A DNA stretch of 64,000 nucleotides, taken from assembly GCA_003279605.1 (NCBI GenBank), contig QCHF01000002.1, forward strand, positions 213,088-277,087, read 5' to 3'. This document shows positions 32,848 through 46,561 of the stretch, piece by piece; position 1 is the stretch's first letter, and every line of letters begins with the position of its first letter. The DNA is from SAR86 cluster bacterium AG-390-O18. GTDB lineage: Bacteria; Pseudomonadota; Gammaproteobacteria; Magnimaribacterales; AG-339-G14. The translations under genes were made by a program, and so were the position numbers. The notes under the pieces were generated by a model. It did no database searches. It was given only the letters and a program-made list of their open reading frames with translations, and was not told the origin of the DNA.

Positions 32848-32982
32848 TTAAACTGTAAGAGACTTTCTTCCCTTGCTTCGTCTGCTTTTTAAAACTTGTT
32901 TGCCAGAAACACTAGAATTTCTCGCTCTGAAACCATGAGTTCTTTTTCTTTTTAGTTTGCTTGGCTGAAATGTTCTCTTCAT
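32848..32982 (-). CDS. rpmH: 50S ribosomal protein L34
   Basis: [19 protein letters not shown]; ATG at 32982. Confidence 0.97.
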   Translation of the reverse strand: MKRTFQPSKLKRKRTHGFRARNSSVSGKQVLKSRRSKGRKSLTV

Positions 32983-33082
32983 ATATTTAAGATTTAAGTG
33001 AGCAAAGGAATAATATAGATAGTAAAGATAAAAGCAAGAAAAAATAAAAAAGAAAAAATAAAAAACATCACTAATTAACAGG

Positions 33083-33131
33083 TTATCCACAGAAAATTAA
33101 TAACATATCCTGTGGATAACTTTGTGTATAA
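33083..33131. promoter_or_regulatory. DnaA-box cluster upstream of dnaA
   Basis: TTATCCACA 33083-33091, TGTGGATAA 33111-33119, TGTGTATAA 33123-33131. Confidence 0.9.
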
Positions 33132-33154
33132 GGTATATTATCTTTTCAAGCATC

Positions 33155-34486
33155 ATGATCATTAAATCTTGGAAAAAATGTAAAAAAGCTCTTCAAAAGG
33201 AAATGTCCTCAGAAGAATTTAATGCCTGGATTAATCCTTTAGAATTTTCTATAAATAAGTCTCCTTCGGGAAATAAAGATTTTTTTATTCTTGCTCCTAA
33301 TGCCTTTATCAAAGAACACGTAAGAGAAAATTACGACAAAATTATAAGAAAACACCTTTCAAAAGAAGAGAAAAGCGATATTCCGCTTGTTTATGAGTTA
33401 ATTTCTGTACGTAAACCATTGATTAATAAGGAAAATAATAAAAACATAAATCTTTTTTTGAATAAAGAAAATACATTAAATGATAATTATACCTTTGAAA
33501 CGTTCGTTGAAGGAAAATCAAACAATATAGCTTTAGCTGCCGCTAAGCAGGTTTCTGAGTCAAAAAATGCTGCTTATAATCCTTTGTTTATTTACGGTGG
33601 AGTTGGTTTGGGAAAGACCCATCTTATGCATGCTGTTGGTAACATGATTCAAAAACAGGATAAATCAAAAAATATTGTATATGTCCACTCAGAAAGGTTT
33701 GTGAGTGACATGGTTAAGTGCTTACAGCTAGGATCTATAAATGATTTTAAGAACTTTTACAGGTCTGTAGACGCTCTTTTAATTGATGATATTCAATTTT
33801 TTGCTGGCAAAGAGCAATCTCAGGAAGAACTCTTTCATACCTTCAACACATTGTTGGAAGGTGGACAACAAATGATTTTAACTTGTGATAAATATCCTAA
33901 GGAAATAGACGGGTTAGAAGAGAGGCTTAAATCAAGGCTGGGATGGGGCCTCCCGGTTAGTATAGAGCCACCCGAGCTAGAAACAAGAGTTGCAATTCTT
34001 TTAACTAAAGCTTCAGAGATGGAATTGAACCTCTCAGAAGACTCTGCTTTTTATATTGCAGAAAAAATAAGATCAAACGTAAGAGAGCTTGAAGGAGCAT
34101 TAAGAAGAGTAGGAGCAAATGCTAAATTTACAAATAGAGAGATTGATGTAAATTTAATTAAAGAATCATTAAAAGATTTACTTGCTATTCAACAAAGACA
34201 AATAAGCATAGAGAATATACAAAAAATTGTCTCTGACTACTATAACATAAGAGTTTCTGACCTTTTATCAAGCAAAAGAACGCGCTCTTTAGCGAGGCCC
34301 AGGCAAGTTTCTATGTGTTTATCAAAAGAATTAACCAATCATAGTTTGCCAGAAATTGGCGATTCTTTCGGCGGAAGGGATCATACTACTGTCTTGCATG
34401 CTTGTAGAAGAATTACAGCACTAAGAGAAGAAGATGCTGATATAGCTGAAGATTACACCAAATTAATAAGGACCTTGACAGCATGA
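33155..34486 (+). CDS. dnaA: Replication initiator DnaA
   Basis: YNPLFIYGGVGLGKTHL, DDIQF, RDHTTVLHA; ATG 33155. Confidence 0.98.
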   Translation: MIIKSWKKCKKALQKEMSSEEFNAWINPLEFSINKSPSGNKDFFILAPNAFIKEHVRENYDKIIRKHLSKEEKSDIPLVYELISVRKPLINKENNKNINLFLNKENTLNDNYTFETFVEGKSNNIALAAAKQVSESKNAAYNPLFIYGGVGLGKTHLMHAVGNMIQKQDKSKNIVYVHSERFVSDMVKCLQLGSINDFKNFYRSVDALLIDDIQFFAGKEQSQEELFHTFNTLLEGGQQMILTCDKYPKEIDGLEERLKSRLGWGLPVSIEPPELETRVAILLTKASEMELNLSEDSAFYIAEKIRSNVRELEGALRRVGANAKFTNREIDVNLIKESLKDLLAIQQRQISIENIQKIVSDYYNIRVSDLLSSKRTRSLARPRQVSMCLSKELTNHSLPEIGDSFGGRDHTTVLHACRRITALREEDADIAEDYTKLIRTLTA

Positions 34487-35583
34487 AGTTTTCAGCAAAA
34501 AAAGAAGCTTTGGCTGATAAATTCTCTTTATGTTCTTCTATCGCTGAGAAAAGGCAAACAATCCCAATACTTTCTAATGTTTTATTAAGAGCAAGCGATG
34601 GAAATCTGACAATTGTTGCTACAGATTTAGAAAGACAACTATCACTTGTTATTTCAGATTGCTCTATTTCAGAAGATGGAGAAACAACTGTATCAGCCAA
34701 GAAACTATTTGAGCTTATAAGGTCAGTACCAGATGAAACAGAGCTAAATTTAGAGGTTATTGACAACCAGCTTGAAATTTCAGCATTAAGCTTTCAAGCA
34801 GATCTAGCTGTGTTACCTGTTCAGGATTTTCCTTTTGTGGATTTAGAAGATCATAATTTCAATATTTCACTAGATGGAAATAAATTTGGGAAAGTTTTAG
34901 AAAGCACAAGTTTTGCAATGGCTTCTGCAGATGTTAGATATTATTTAAATGGATTGTTATTTGAAACTGCACAGAAAAAAATAAATATGGTTGCTACCGA
35001 TGGTCACAGACTCGCTTGGGGATCTTATTCGTATTCTGAGGAGTTGGAGGATAAGAAACTAATTATTCCTAGATCTACCGCATTAGAGCTTCAAAGAATT
35101 CTAAATTTATTTCCTGAAGAAATTTCTTTCTCATCTAACAACTCTCAATTAAAAATAGAGTCTGAAAACTTTACTTTTATAAGCAAGTTGATTGAAGGAG
35201 CTTATCCTGATTATAAAAAAGTTTTTCCTTCTGGCGAGGAACAATCTCTTGTAACTTCAAAGTCACCTATTCTTACAGCGCTCTCAAGATCAGCCGTACT
35301 TTCTAATGAGAAATTTAGAGGAGTTAAATTTGAGCTAAGCAAAGATAAGTTAAAAATTCTAGCCAATAATCCAAACAAAGAAAGTGCAGAAGAAGAGTTA
35401 GATGTAGATTATGCAGGTCAGGATTTAGAAATAGGTTTCAATATTAATTATGTTCAGGAATCTCTAAATTATCTTCCAGGCGATGACATAGAGTTTGTCT
35501 TTTTTGGCTCGGAAAATTCTTGTCTTGTAAAAAACTCTTCTAACGATGACTTGGTACATGTAATCATGCCGATGAGGTTATGA
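34483..35583 (+). CDS. dnaN: DNA polymerase III beta clamp
   Basis: PILSNV, ATDGHRL, VIMPMRL. Confidence 0.97.
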   Translation: MKFSAKKEALADKFSLCSSIAEKRQTIPILSNVLLRASDGNLTIVATDLERQLSLVISDCSISEDGETTVSAKKLFELIRSVPDETELNLEVIDNQLEISALSFQADLAVLPVQDFPFVDLEDHNFNISLDGNKFGKVLESTSFAMASADVRYYLNGLLFETAQKKINMVATDGHRLAWGSYSYSEELEDKKLIIPRSTALELQRILNLFPEEISFSSNNSQLKIESENFTFISKLIEGAYPDYKKVFPSGEEQSLVTSKSPILTALSRSAVLSNEKFRGVKFELSKDKLKILANNPNKESAEEELDVDYAGQDLEIGFNINYVQESLNYLPGDDIEFVFFGSENSCLVKNSSNDDLVHVIMPMRL

Positions 35584-35587
35584 TGAA

Positions 35588-36601
35588 ATGTCGCTATCAA
35601 AAATAAATTTAAATAATTTTAGATCTTTTAAAGATTCCTCTTTTAATCTTAAAAAAAATAATTTAATTCTTGGTCAAAATGGGGCAGGGAAGTCTTCTTT
35701 TTTAGAGGCAATTTTTTTTATTTTTTCTAAGAAATCTTTCAGAACATCTTCGCCAAACGCAATGATTAATTTTGAATCAAATTTTTTCAAAGTTGATGCC
35801 ATACTCGATGGAAAAAAATTTTCTTTTACTAAGGATTTATCATCTTCAATTAAATCTAAAGAAGGAAATATTCAAAATGATTTTATGCCTTTGGTGCTAA
35901 ATAATTTTTCTTTGAATCTTTTAGAGGCTCCAAAAGAGAATAGGAGGTCTTTTATAGATTATCTAATGTTTCACGTGGAACATGACTACAAAATAAATCA
36001 TTTGAAGTTCAAAAAGGCTCTTGCCCAAAGAAATAGAGCGCTTAAAAAAAGTTCTTCCTCTGAGCTTAAATCTTGGACAAAAGTCTTTGTTGATCTTTCT
36101 CAGAAATTAACGAAAAAGAAGCTTGGGTTTATAGATTCTTTCTTAAAAATGTTTCCAAGTTATGTTGATTCCTTATCCGTTCCTGAGCATTTAAAAGATA
36201 AGTTTAAAGAAATTTCTATAACTTATGATAAAGGCTGGAAAGATAGTTTACTAGAGGAGTTAAGGGAATCTTTTGTTAAGGATCAAACAAGAGGTTTTAC
36301 TTCTCTCGGGCCACAAACTTCTGATTTGAGCGTAAAAATAAAAAAACAAGACTCTGGAAATATATTATCAAGAGGTGAGCAAAAGCTATTGATTTTATTG
36401 ATTTATTTATTTTTTATTAAAGCTTATAACGCTTTGAGGCCAAATAAAATTATTTTCTTGCTTGACGACTTACCTTCTGAGCTTGATGAAAAAAATTTGG
36501 ATCTAGCATTAAACCTCTTGAAAGATGCTGATTGTCAATTATTTATAACTTCTTTGGAAAACTTAGAAAAATATGAGTTTGATTTTGTAATTGATTTATA
36601 A
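35588..36601 (+). CDS. recF: RecF
   Basis: GQNGAGKS, SRGEQK, LLDDLPSELD. Confidence 0.92.
   Translation: MSLSKINLNNFRSFKDSSFNLKKNNLILGQNGAGKSSFLEAIFFIFSKKSFRTSSPNAMINFESNFFKVDAILDGKKFSFTKDLSSSIKSKEGNIQNDFMPLVLNNFSLNLLEAPKENRRSFIDYLMFHVEHDYKINHLKFKKALAQRNRALKKSSSSELKSWTKVFVDLSQKLTKKKLGFIDSFLKMFPSYVDSLSVPEHLKDKFKEISITYDKGWKDSLLEELRESFVKDQTRGFTSLGPQTSDLSVKIKKQDSGNILSRGEQKLLILLIYLFFIKAYNALRPNKIIFLLDDLPSELDEKNLDLALNLLKDADCQLFITSLENLEKYEFDFVIDL
35967..35982. promoter_or_regulatory. parS site inside recF
   Basis: TGTTTCACGTGGAACA, one base from the TGTTTCACGTGAAACA consensus. Confidence 0.88.
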
Positions 36602-39731
<3,130 letters not shown>

Positions 39732-39741
<10 letters not shown>

Positions 39742-40271
39742 ATAAATTTTGTTGCTGATAAAAGATTTTCAAAAACCTGAGCCTGAGAGGTGTCATGATT
39801 TTTCAATGTGATCTCTCCATAACCAGTTTTAACTAATAAAGGTTTGCATTTATGAGAAAGAGCGCATTGGAGATCAGAAAATTTATCTCCAACAAAATAA
39901 CTGCCTTTAAGATTAATATCTAAAGCTTTCTCTGCTTGGAGCAAAAGGCCGGTTTTTGGTTTTCTGCATTCACAATTATCTTCGGGCCTGTGGGGACAAA
40001 CTTCTACATGAATAATATCTGATCCGCGTTCTCTAACTTTTTGTTTCATGTGAGAATTGACGTTATTTATTTGATCTTTAGAAGCTATGCCGAGACTAAT
40101 GCAGGCCTGATTTGTGGCAACAACAATTTTAAAATTATTATCGGTTAATATAGATAATGCTTCTAGGCTTCCATCCTCAAATTTAAAATCTGCCGGATTT
40201 GTAACATAGTCAAAGAGATCAACGTTAATAACTCCATCCCTATCAAGAATAATGTACTTCTGGTCTGACAT
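39732..40271 (-). CDS. gmhB: D,D-heptose 1,7-bisphosphate phosphatase (HAD)
   Basis: LDRDGVIN, TNQ, CPH....CECRKP, VGD. Confidence 0.85.
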
Positions 40272-40273
40272 TC

Positions 40274-41635
40274 TTAGCCCTTAAACAGCTTCAGAATGCT
40301 TGTTTCTATGTCTTTTAAGCCTATTACTTCTTGCTCCATAGTATCTCTATCTCTAAAAGTAACTTTGTTCTTTTCTATGGTGTCATAGTCAACTGTTATA
40401 CAAATTGGGGTGCCTATTTCATCATGTTTTCGATAACTCTTTCCTATATTTCCAGTGTTTTCAACCGCAACTCTTCCAATATTTAATTTTAAAAGCCTGT
40501 TTTTTATTTCTACAGAAGCGTTTACTATTGATTTTTCGTTCTTTTTAAGGGGAATAACAGCTACTTTTATAGGAGATAGATGCTTTTTCAAAGATAATAC
40601 TACCCTTTTCGTATCATTTTTAAGGGTTTCTTCCTTATATGCATCGTTTAGGATAGCTAAAAACGCCCTTTCGACCCCTGCACTTGGCTCAATAACATAA
40701 GGCACAAGCCATTTATTTGATATTTTATCCTGGAAAGCAAGTTTCGCTTTTGAAGCCTTATTTTCCTTGGTTTTAGCTTGTATGTTGAATTCTTCTTGAG
40801 ACTTGGTATGAGATCCTAAATCGAAATCCGTTCTATTGGCAATCCCCTCCAGCTCTTCTGTTCCATGAGGAAATTTATACATAATATCTGCCGTTGCCTT
40901 GGAGTAATGGGATAATTCTTCTTTGGGGACATTGAAAATCTCTAAATTATCTTCATTTAAGCCCTGATCTAACCACCATTTCATTCTTTCTTTAATCCAA
41001 TATTCATGGAATTTCTCATCATCTTTAGGTTCTACAAAATACTCCATTTCCATTTGCTCAAATTCTCTTTTCCTAAAGATAAAATTTCTGGCCGTTATTT
41101 CATTTCTAAACGCTTTACCAACTTGGGCAATTCCAAAAGGCAGCGTCCTAGAAGTGCTGTCTAAAACATTCTTAAAATTAATAAAAATATGTTGAGCTGT
41201 TTCTGGTCGAAGATAGGCTATGGATGAGCCATCGTCTATCGGCCCGATATTAGTTTTAAACATCAGATTAAAATCTCTAGGCTCAGTTAAATTTGTTGAC
41301 CCACAATTTGGACACTTCAATTCATCTAAAGTATCTGCTCGCATTCTGAATTTACAATCTTTGCAATCAATTAAAGGATCTGTGAAAGTATCTTCATGAC
41401 CTGACTGAGCAAAGATGTTTTGGCTGCCCAAAATTGAAGAATCTAAGCCTTCTATATCATCTCTTTGGTAAATCATAGATTCCCACCAGGCTCTCTTGAT
41501 ATTGTTAGCAAGTTCAACACCGAGTGGCCCATAATCATAGACGCCCTGCATTCCTCCATATATCTCTGCGGTTTGAAAAATAAAGCCTCTTCTCTTACAA
41601 AGAGAGACAATTTTATCCATTTTATTTTCTGCCAT
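40274..41635 (-). CDS. glyQS: Glycine--tRNA ligase, single-chain alpha2 type
   Basis: CKRRGF, YDYGPLG, LRPETAQ, FRNEI..RNFIFR.REFEQME, IEPSAG, DEIGTP. Confidence 0.95.
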   Translation of the reverse strand: MAENKMDKIVSLCKRRGFIFQTAEIYGGMQGVYDYGPLGVELANNIKRAWWESMIYQRDDIEGLDSSILGSQNIFAQSGHEDTFTDPLIDCKDCKFRMRADTLDELKCPNCGSTNLTEPRDFNLMFKTNIGPIDDGSSIAYLRPETAQHIFINFKNVLDSTSRTLPFGIAQVGKAFRNEITARNFIFRKREFEQMEMEYFVEPKDDEKFHEYWIKERMKWWLDQGLNEDNLEIFNVPKEELSHYSKATADIMYKFPHGTEELEGIANRTDFDLGSHTKSQEEFNIQAKTKENKASKAKLAFQDKISNKWLVPYVIEPSAGVERAFLAILNDAYKEETLKNDTKRVVLSLKKHLSPIKVAVIPLKKNEKSIVNASVEIKNRLLKLNIGRVAVENTGNIGKSYRKHDEIGTPICITVDYDTIEKNKVTFRDRDTMEQEVIGLKDIETSILKLFKG

Positions 41636-41664
41636 ATATGTATCTTATTAGAAGTAAGTACTTA

Positions 41665-43116
41665 CTATTCTTTCCAGAAGAATGCTGTAAATAATACCAA
41701 CAAAGTATAGATTTCTAATCTTCCAAGTATCATTACAAAAGCCAAAAGGACTTTCGTAAACGCATCCATTCCTGCGTAATTATAAGCTACTTCACCAAGT
41801 CCTGGACCTAAATTATTCAGACATGCTGCTATTGCTGAAAAAGCAGTTTCTGTATCTATCCCCTGCCCCATTAAGATAAAAGATCCAACTAAAAAAGTAA
41901 GCAGGTATACTGTTAAAAATCCCCAAACTGAATCAGCAACTTCACTGTTGATTTTCTTTTTACCAATTTTTAAAGGCAAGACAAGATTTGGGTGTATAAG
42001 TTTTTTAAGCTCTCTTCTCGCATGATTCAAAAGTACCAAGCCTCTTATCGCTTTAAATCCTCCAGCAGTTGATCCTGCACAAGCTCCTATCATGCCAATA
42101 AAAATTAGTAGTTGAGGGAGGTAAGTCGGGAATGAAGTATGATCCAAAACCGTAAACCCTGTAGTTGTTGCAAACGAAGTGACAGTAAATAAGGAAGATA
42201 CAATTAGATTTGAAGAAATCTCGGAGCTGCTAAACCAGATAGTTAATAAAAATACAACAAAAGCAAGAAAAAGCATTTTCCAATAAAACCCAAATTCAGG
42301 ATCTTTTAAATAGTTGAATAATTTAAAATTCGAAAAAGAAAGGTAATGCAGAGAAAAACTTATGCCAGAAATAAACATAAAAATAACAGCCAAAATATAA
42401 ATTGTGTTGTTGTTGAAGAAGGCGAAACTCTCGTTGTAATTAGAAAAGCCTCCAATCGCAATCGTAGTAAAAGAGTGAACTATTGCGTCAAAATATTCCA
42501 TTCCAGCTATGAAGTAGGATAGGAAACAAAGCAAAGTAAGAATGAGATATATGTACACCAAGACCATAGCAGTTTCAGCAATTTTCGGCCTTAACTTGCT
42601 CTGATTTATAGGGCCTTGAGTTTCACCCCTATATAGCTGCATTCCACCAACCCCCAAAAGCGGCATCAGCGCAATGGCTAATACAATAATACCAAGACCA
42701 CCTATCCATTGGAGCAAGCCCCTATAAAACAGAATAGAGTAATATTCTTCGGATAAATCAGAAAATATCGTCGCGCCTGTAGTTGTTAAACCTGAAGTAG
42801 CTTCAAAGTAAGCACTTACTATAGTTAACCCGCTTTTAGTTCCTAATATAAGTGGCAAAGTTGCAAAAATAGTAAAGAACAACCAAAGCAGAACTGTTAA
42901 CAAAAAACCCTCTTTAACTCTTATGCCTTCATATTTCTTTTCAAAATTAACCAAATAAAGAAAAGAGCCAAATACAAGGGTAATAAGGAAAGAATAGGCA
43001 AAAGCTGCAATATTATCTTCGCTATAGATAATTGAAACTATAATTGGTGTTAGTTGTAAAAAAGAAAAGGCGATCAAACCTATTCCCAAAACTCTAGAAA
43101 TTAATCTAAACTTCAT
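41665..43116 (-). CDS. trkH: Trk K+ uptake membrane protein
   Basis: SGLTTTG, GSTAGG.K, NNLGPG, GRLEI. Confidence 0.95.
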   Translation of the reverse strand: MKFRLISRVLGIGLIAFSFLQLTPIIVSIIYSEDNIAAFAYSFLITLVFGSFLYLVNFEKKYEGIRVKEGFLLTVLLWLFFTIFATLPLILGTKSGLTIVSAYFEATSGLTTTGATIFSDLSEEYYSILFYRGLLQWIGGLGIIVLAIALMPLLGVGGMQLYRGETQGPINQSKLRPKIAETAMVLVYIYLILTLLCFLSYFIAGMEYFDAIVHSFTTIAIGGFSNYNESFAFFNNNTIYILAVIFMFISGISFSLHYLSFSNFKLFNYLKDPEFGFYWKMLFLAFVVFLLTIWFSSSEISSNLIVSSLFTVTSFATTTGFTVLDHTSFPTYLPQLLIFIGMIGACAGSTAGGFKAIRGLVLLNHARRELKKLIHPNLVLPLKIGKKKINSEVADSVWGFLTVYLLTFLVGSFILMGQGIDTETAFSAIAACLNNLGPGLGEVAYNYAGMDAFTKVLLAFVMILGRLEIYTLLVLFTAFFWKE

Positions 43117-43147
43117 TTAAATTTCTTGAAAAGCATCTAATATCTTT

Positions 43148-44512
43148 TTAACTCATTAAACTTGTTTCTAGGGCTGGGAACAGCTTTTTATCAGATAAGA
43201 AGATAATTATATGGTCATTTTCGTGAATTTTAACATCGTGATGAGCGATTTTTAATTCTTTTCCACGTATTACAGCACTTATAGTACACCCATTTGGCAG
43301 CTTAATATCATCTATTCCTTGACCTATGATTTTAGGAGTTGTTTCGGGGCTTGCTATTAGCTCCAAAGCTTCAGATTTACCTTTTTTAAATGTATGTGCC
43401 CTTTCAATCTTTGCTTTAGTTATGTTTTTCAGAACAACCCCAATTGTAATCTCATTTGGAATTACTGTAATGTCTACTTCACCTTGATGAATCAAATCTA
43501 AAAAAGATTGTTTATTCATTAAAGAAAGCACTTTTTTTGCACCAAGCTTTTTTGCTAACAAGGAAGACATAACATTTGCTTCATCACTATCAGTGACCGC
43601 ACAAAACATATCAATCGATTCTATACCTTCTTCAATTAATAAATCTTCATCTGTTGAATCGCCATTTAGGACTAAAGCGGAATCTAAATTTTCAGATAGG
43701 TAATCTCCTCTTTTTCTACTTTTTTCAATAATCTTTACAACGCTAAATTTATCTTCAAGGATCTTTGCCAATCTTCTGCCAATCTTTCCGCCACCTGCAA
43801 TCATTATATTTTTGTACTTAGAATCTCTTGGCCTAATTTCTGACATTACTTTCTTTATATTTCCTTTCGCAGAGATAAAGAAAACTTCATCGCCATCTTT
43901 TATGTAATCCTCACCACTAGGAATAATGATCTCTTCTTCTCGATAAATAGCTGCAACTCTAGTATCTGCATTTGGAATGTGCTCTCTAAGTTCTGAAACT
44001 TTATGACCAGTAATTGGGGCTCCTTCAACAGCTTTTACACTCACCATCGAAGCTCGTCCATCACCAAAATCTAAAACTTGAAGAGCTCCTGGAAGCTGAA
44101 CCAATTTTGAAATGTATTCCGTGATAAGAGTCTCCGGAGAAATTAAAACGTCAATCGAATATTCCCCATTTTCAAAAATCTGACTACCCTTGCCTTTAAG
44201 ATATTCTCTAGCTCTAATTCGCGCCATTGTTCTAGTTTTCTTATTGAGATGTTTAATCATCTGACAGGCAACCAAATTAACTTCATCATATTCGGTCATG
44301 GCAATAGCTAACTCTGTATCTTGAATATTTGCGTCTTCGAGAGTTTGTGGATAGCAACAATTACCACACACAATTTTTATATCGTGTTGTTCCGACTCTT
44401 TTTCGAGTTTTTCTTCTTTAAGATCTACGAGGGTTATGCTGTGACCATCTTCGGATAGAATTTCGGTTAATTCTGATCCAACTTGGCCGGCACCTAAAAT
44501 TAAGATGTTCAA
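43148..44512 (-). CDS. trkA: Trk K+ uptake regulatory subunit
   Basis: GAGQVG and GGGKIG RCK domains. Confidence 0.95.
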   Translation of the reverse strand: MNILILGAGQVGSELTEILSEDGHSITLVDLKEEKLEKESEQHDIKIVCGNCCYPQTLEDANIQDTELAIAMTEYDEVNLVACQMIKHLNKKTRTMARIRAREYLKGKGSQIFENGEYSIDVLISPETLITEYISKLVQLPGALQVLDFGDGRASMVSVKAVEGAPITGHKVSELREHIPNADTRVAAIYREEEIIIPSGEDYIKDGDEVFFISAKGNIKKVMSEIRPRDSKYKNIMIAGGGKIGRRLAKILEDKFSVVKIIEKSRKRGDYLSENLDSALVLNGDSTDEDLLIEEGIESIDMFCAVTDSDEANVMSSLLAKKLGAKKVLSLMNKQSFLDLIHQGEVDITVIPNEITIGVVLKNITKAKIERAHTFKKGKSEALELIASPETTPKIIGQGIDDIKLPNGCTISAVIRGKELKIAHHDVKIHENDHIIIFLSDKKLFPALETSLMS

Positions 44513-44570
44513 TTATTACTCCAATAAAAATTATACTCTCAGAAAAATAATATTGTGAATTTGATTATGA

Positions 44571-45503
44571 CTATTTAAAGCTTTCATCGGAGTTAAAAAA
44601 ATCTTTTGATCCATTGTAGAAACTTTTGTATTCCATTCGTTTTTTATTCTGCCTGGCAAGCTCTTTAATTTCGACACACTGATCTATTCCAGAGACTAAA
44701 AATTCGTTTTTATCAGCCTTAATAACTTTTCCAGGATCCGAAGCGGGTAGGGCATTTATTTTTGCACGGTGAATAATAATTCTTTCATTTTTATATTCCG
44801 AAAATGCACATGGATTAGGACAAAGACCATTAATTTTGCCAACTATTTCTTCCGCTGATTTTGCCCAATCAATTCTAGCTTCATCTTTGGTGATTTTAGG
44901 AGCATAAGAAGATTCATTTTCATTTTGCTCGGTAAGAGAAAAACTATTATCCTCAATAGAATCAATAGTTTGCAAGATATTTCTAGATGAAACATCGCTC
45001 ATAATTTCTTCTAAATCTTCGGTATTCATGCCTTCTTCAATAGGAAATTTTATGCTCTTAACTATCGGCCCTGTATCTAAGCCCGCATCCATTTTCATGA
45101 ATGTAATTCCTGTTTCTTGATCGCAATTAATTATGCTTCTTTGAATTGGAGCAGCACCTCTGTACTTAGGAAGCAAAGAAGTATGAATGTTAAAACTTCC
45201 ATGTTTTGCTACATACAAAAGATCTTCATCAATGATGTGTCCAAAAGCAAAGACAAGAAGAAGATCAATATTTAGGTTTTCCAAACCAGGCCCGAACCCT
45301 TTGCCTTTGATTTCATCATAAGCAAAAATTTTAATGCTTTTTTCTTCTGCAAAAACTCTTATTGGACTTTTAACAAATTTTAAACCTCTGCCCGAACGCT
45401 TTTCTTCTGCGCAAACCACTCCAACCAAATCATGTTTTGATTCGTAAATTGTTTCAAGGGTTTTAAGAGCAATCTTCGGCGTAGCAGCAAATAAGATATT
45501 CAT
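44571..45503 (-). CDS. fmt: Methionyl-tRNA formyltransferase
   Basis: NIHTSLLPKYRGAAPIQ, MDAGLDTG. Confidence 0.95.
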   Translation of the reverse strand: MNILFAATPKIALKTLETIYESKHDLVGVVCAEEKRSGRGLKFVKSPIRVFAEEKSIKIFAYDEIKGKGFGPGLENLNIDLLLVFAFGHIIDEDLLYVAKHGSFNIHTSLLPKYRGAAPIQRSIINCDQETGITFMKMDAGLDTGPIVKSIKFPIEEGMNTEDLEEIMSDVSSRNILQTIDSIEDNSFSLTEQNENESSYAPKITKDEARIDWAKSAEEIVGKINGLCPNPCAFSEYKNERIIIHRAKINALPASDPGKVIKADKNEFLVSGIDQCVEIKELARQNKKRMEYKSFYNGSKDFFNSDESFK

Positions 45504-46000
45504 TATTTTTGTTTGACAATTTTATTTCTGATTCTTCTTCTTTTCAGTTCAGATATATGATCTACGAATAATCTACCGTTGAGGTGATCAAACTCATGCT
45601 GCACAACTTTGGTTAATAGTCCTTCTGGTTTAATTTCTTGTTTTTTTCCATTTAGATCTTGATAAGAGAGTTTAATATCTGATGGTCTAGAAATAGTCTC
45701 AAAAAAACCTGGCACAGATAAACAGCCCTCATCGTAATCTGCAGTTTTAGAAGGATCCAAAATTTTGATTTCAGGATTAATAATTACTAAAGGCTCATTT
45801 TTTTCTGGACTTATGTCGATGACAGCCACTTGTTTAGCAACGCCAATTTGAGTAGCAGCCAATCCAATGCCATTTACAGAATGCATGGTTTCGAACATAT
45901 CATCAGTCAAGGCTTTCAAATCTTCGTCAAAAGTTTCAACAGGTTTTGCTTTAATACGCAAATCTTGATCAGGAAATTTTAAAATTTTTCTAATGGTCAC
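45503..46000 (-). CDS. def: Peptide deformylase
   Basis: GIGLAATQ, EGCLS, QHEFDHL. Confidence 0.97.
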   Translation of the reverse strand: MTIRKILKFPDQDLRIKAKPVETFDEDLKALTDDMFETMHSVNGIGLAATQIGVAKQVAVIDISPEKNEPLVIINPEIKILDPSKTADYDEGCLSVPGFFETISRPSDIKLSYQDLNGKKQEIKPEGLLTKVVQHEFDHLNGRLFVDHISELKRRRIRNKIVKQK

Positions 46001-46061
46001 GATTGTTATTCAATTTATTTTTATCATCTGTAAAATAACATTTTAGTTAAGGAGATCAAAA

Positions 46062-46541
46062 ATGAAAGTTTCAATTGTCATGGGTTCAAAATCAGACTTA
46101 GATTTAGCAAAAGCTGCTGGAGAAATTCTAGATACACTCGACGTTTCATACACAATAAATATTTTAAGCGCGCATAGAACGCCAGAGCTATTGCATGCCC
46201 ATATAGATGAGGCTATAGCAGATGGAGTTAGAGTTTTTATCGGAATTGCAGGTTTGGCTGCCCACTTGGCGGGAAATGTTGCTTCCAAAACTACACTTCC
46301 AGTTATTGGGGTGCCTGGAGACGGCGGCCCATTGAACGGATTTGATGCTTTATTATCTACAGTGCAAATGCCTAAAGGCGTTCCAGTAGCAACGGTTGCC
46401 ATCGGTAAAGCAGGGGCCATAAATGCAGGATATTTAGCTGCTCAAATGTTATCCACAGGCAATGAGGAACTCGCTGAAAAGGTAAAAAACCTTAGAGAAG
46501 AGCAAAAAGAGGCTTTAAAAAAGGAAAACGAGGAGCTTTAA
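46062..46541 (+). CDS. purE: N5-CAIR mutase
   Basis: MGSKSD, SAHRTP, VQMP.GVPVATV. Confidence 0.96.
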   Translation: MKVSIVMGSKSDLDLAKAAGEILDTLDVSYTINILSAHRTPELLHAHIDEAIADGVRVFIGIAGLAAHLAGNVASKTTLPVIGVPGDGGPLNGFDALLSTVQMPKGVPVATVAIGKAGAINAGYLAAQMLSTGNEELAEKVKNLREEQKEALKKENEEL

Positions 46542-46561
46542 AGCTAAATTAGCAGGAAAAA

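Noticed and set aside
32983-33154. N-terminal extensions of rpmH and dnaA in the ORF track (likewise mnmE, coxB)
   Set aside because: Artefacts of taking the most upstream start; they run through DnaA boxes or neighbouring genes.
35967-35982. parS inside recF as a novelty
   Set aside because: parS within recF is already known in Gammaproteobacteria such as Pseudomonas; listed as a feature only.
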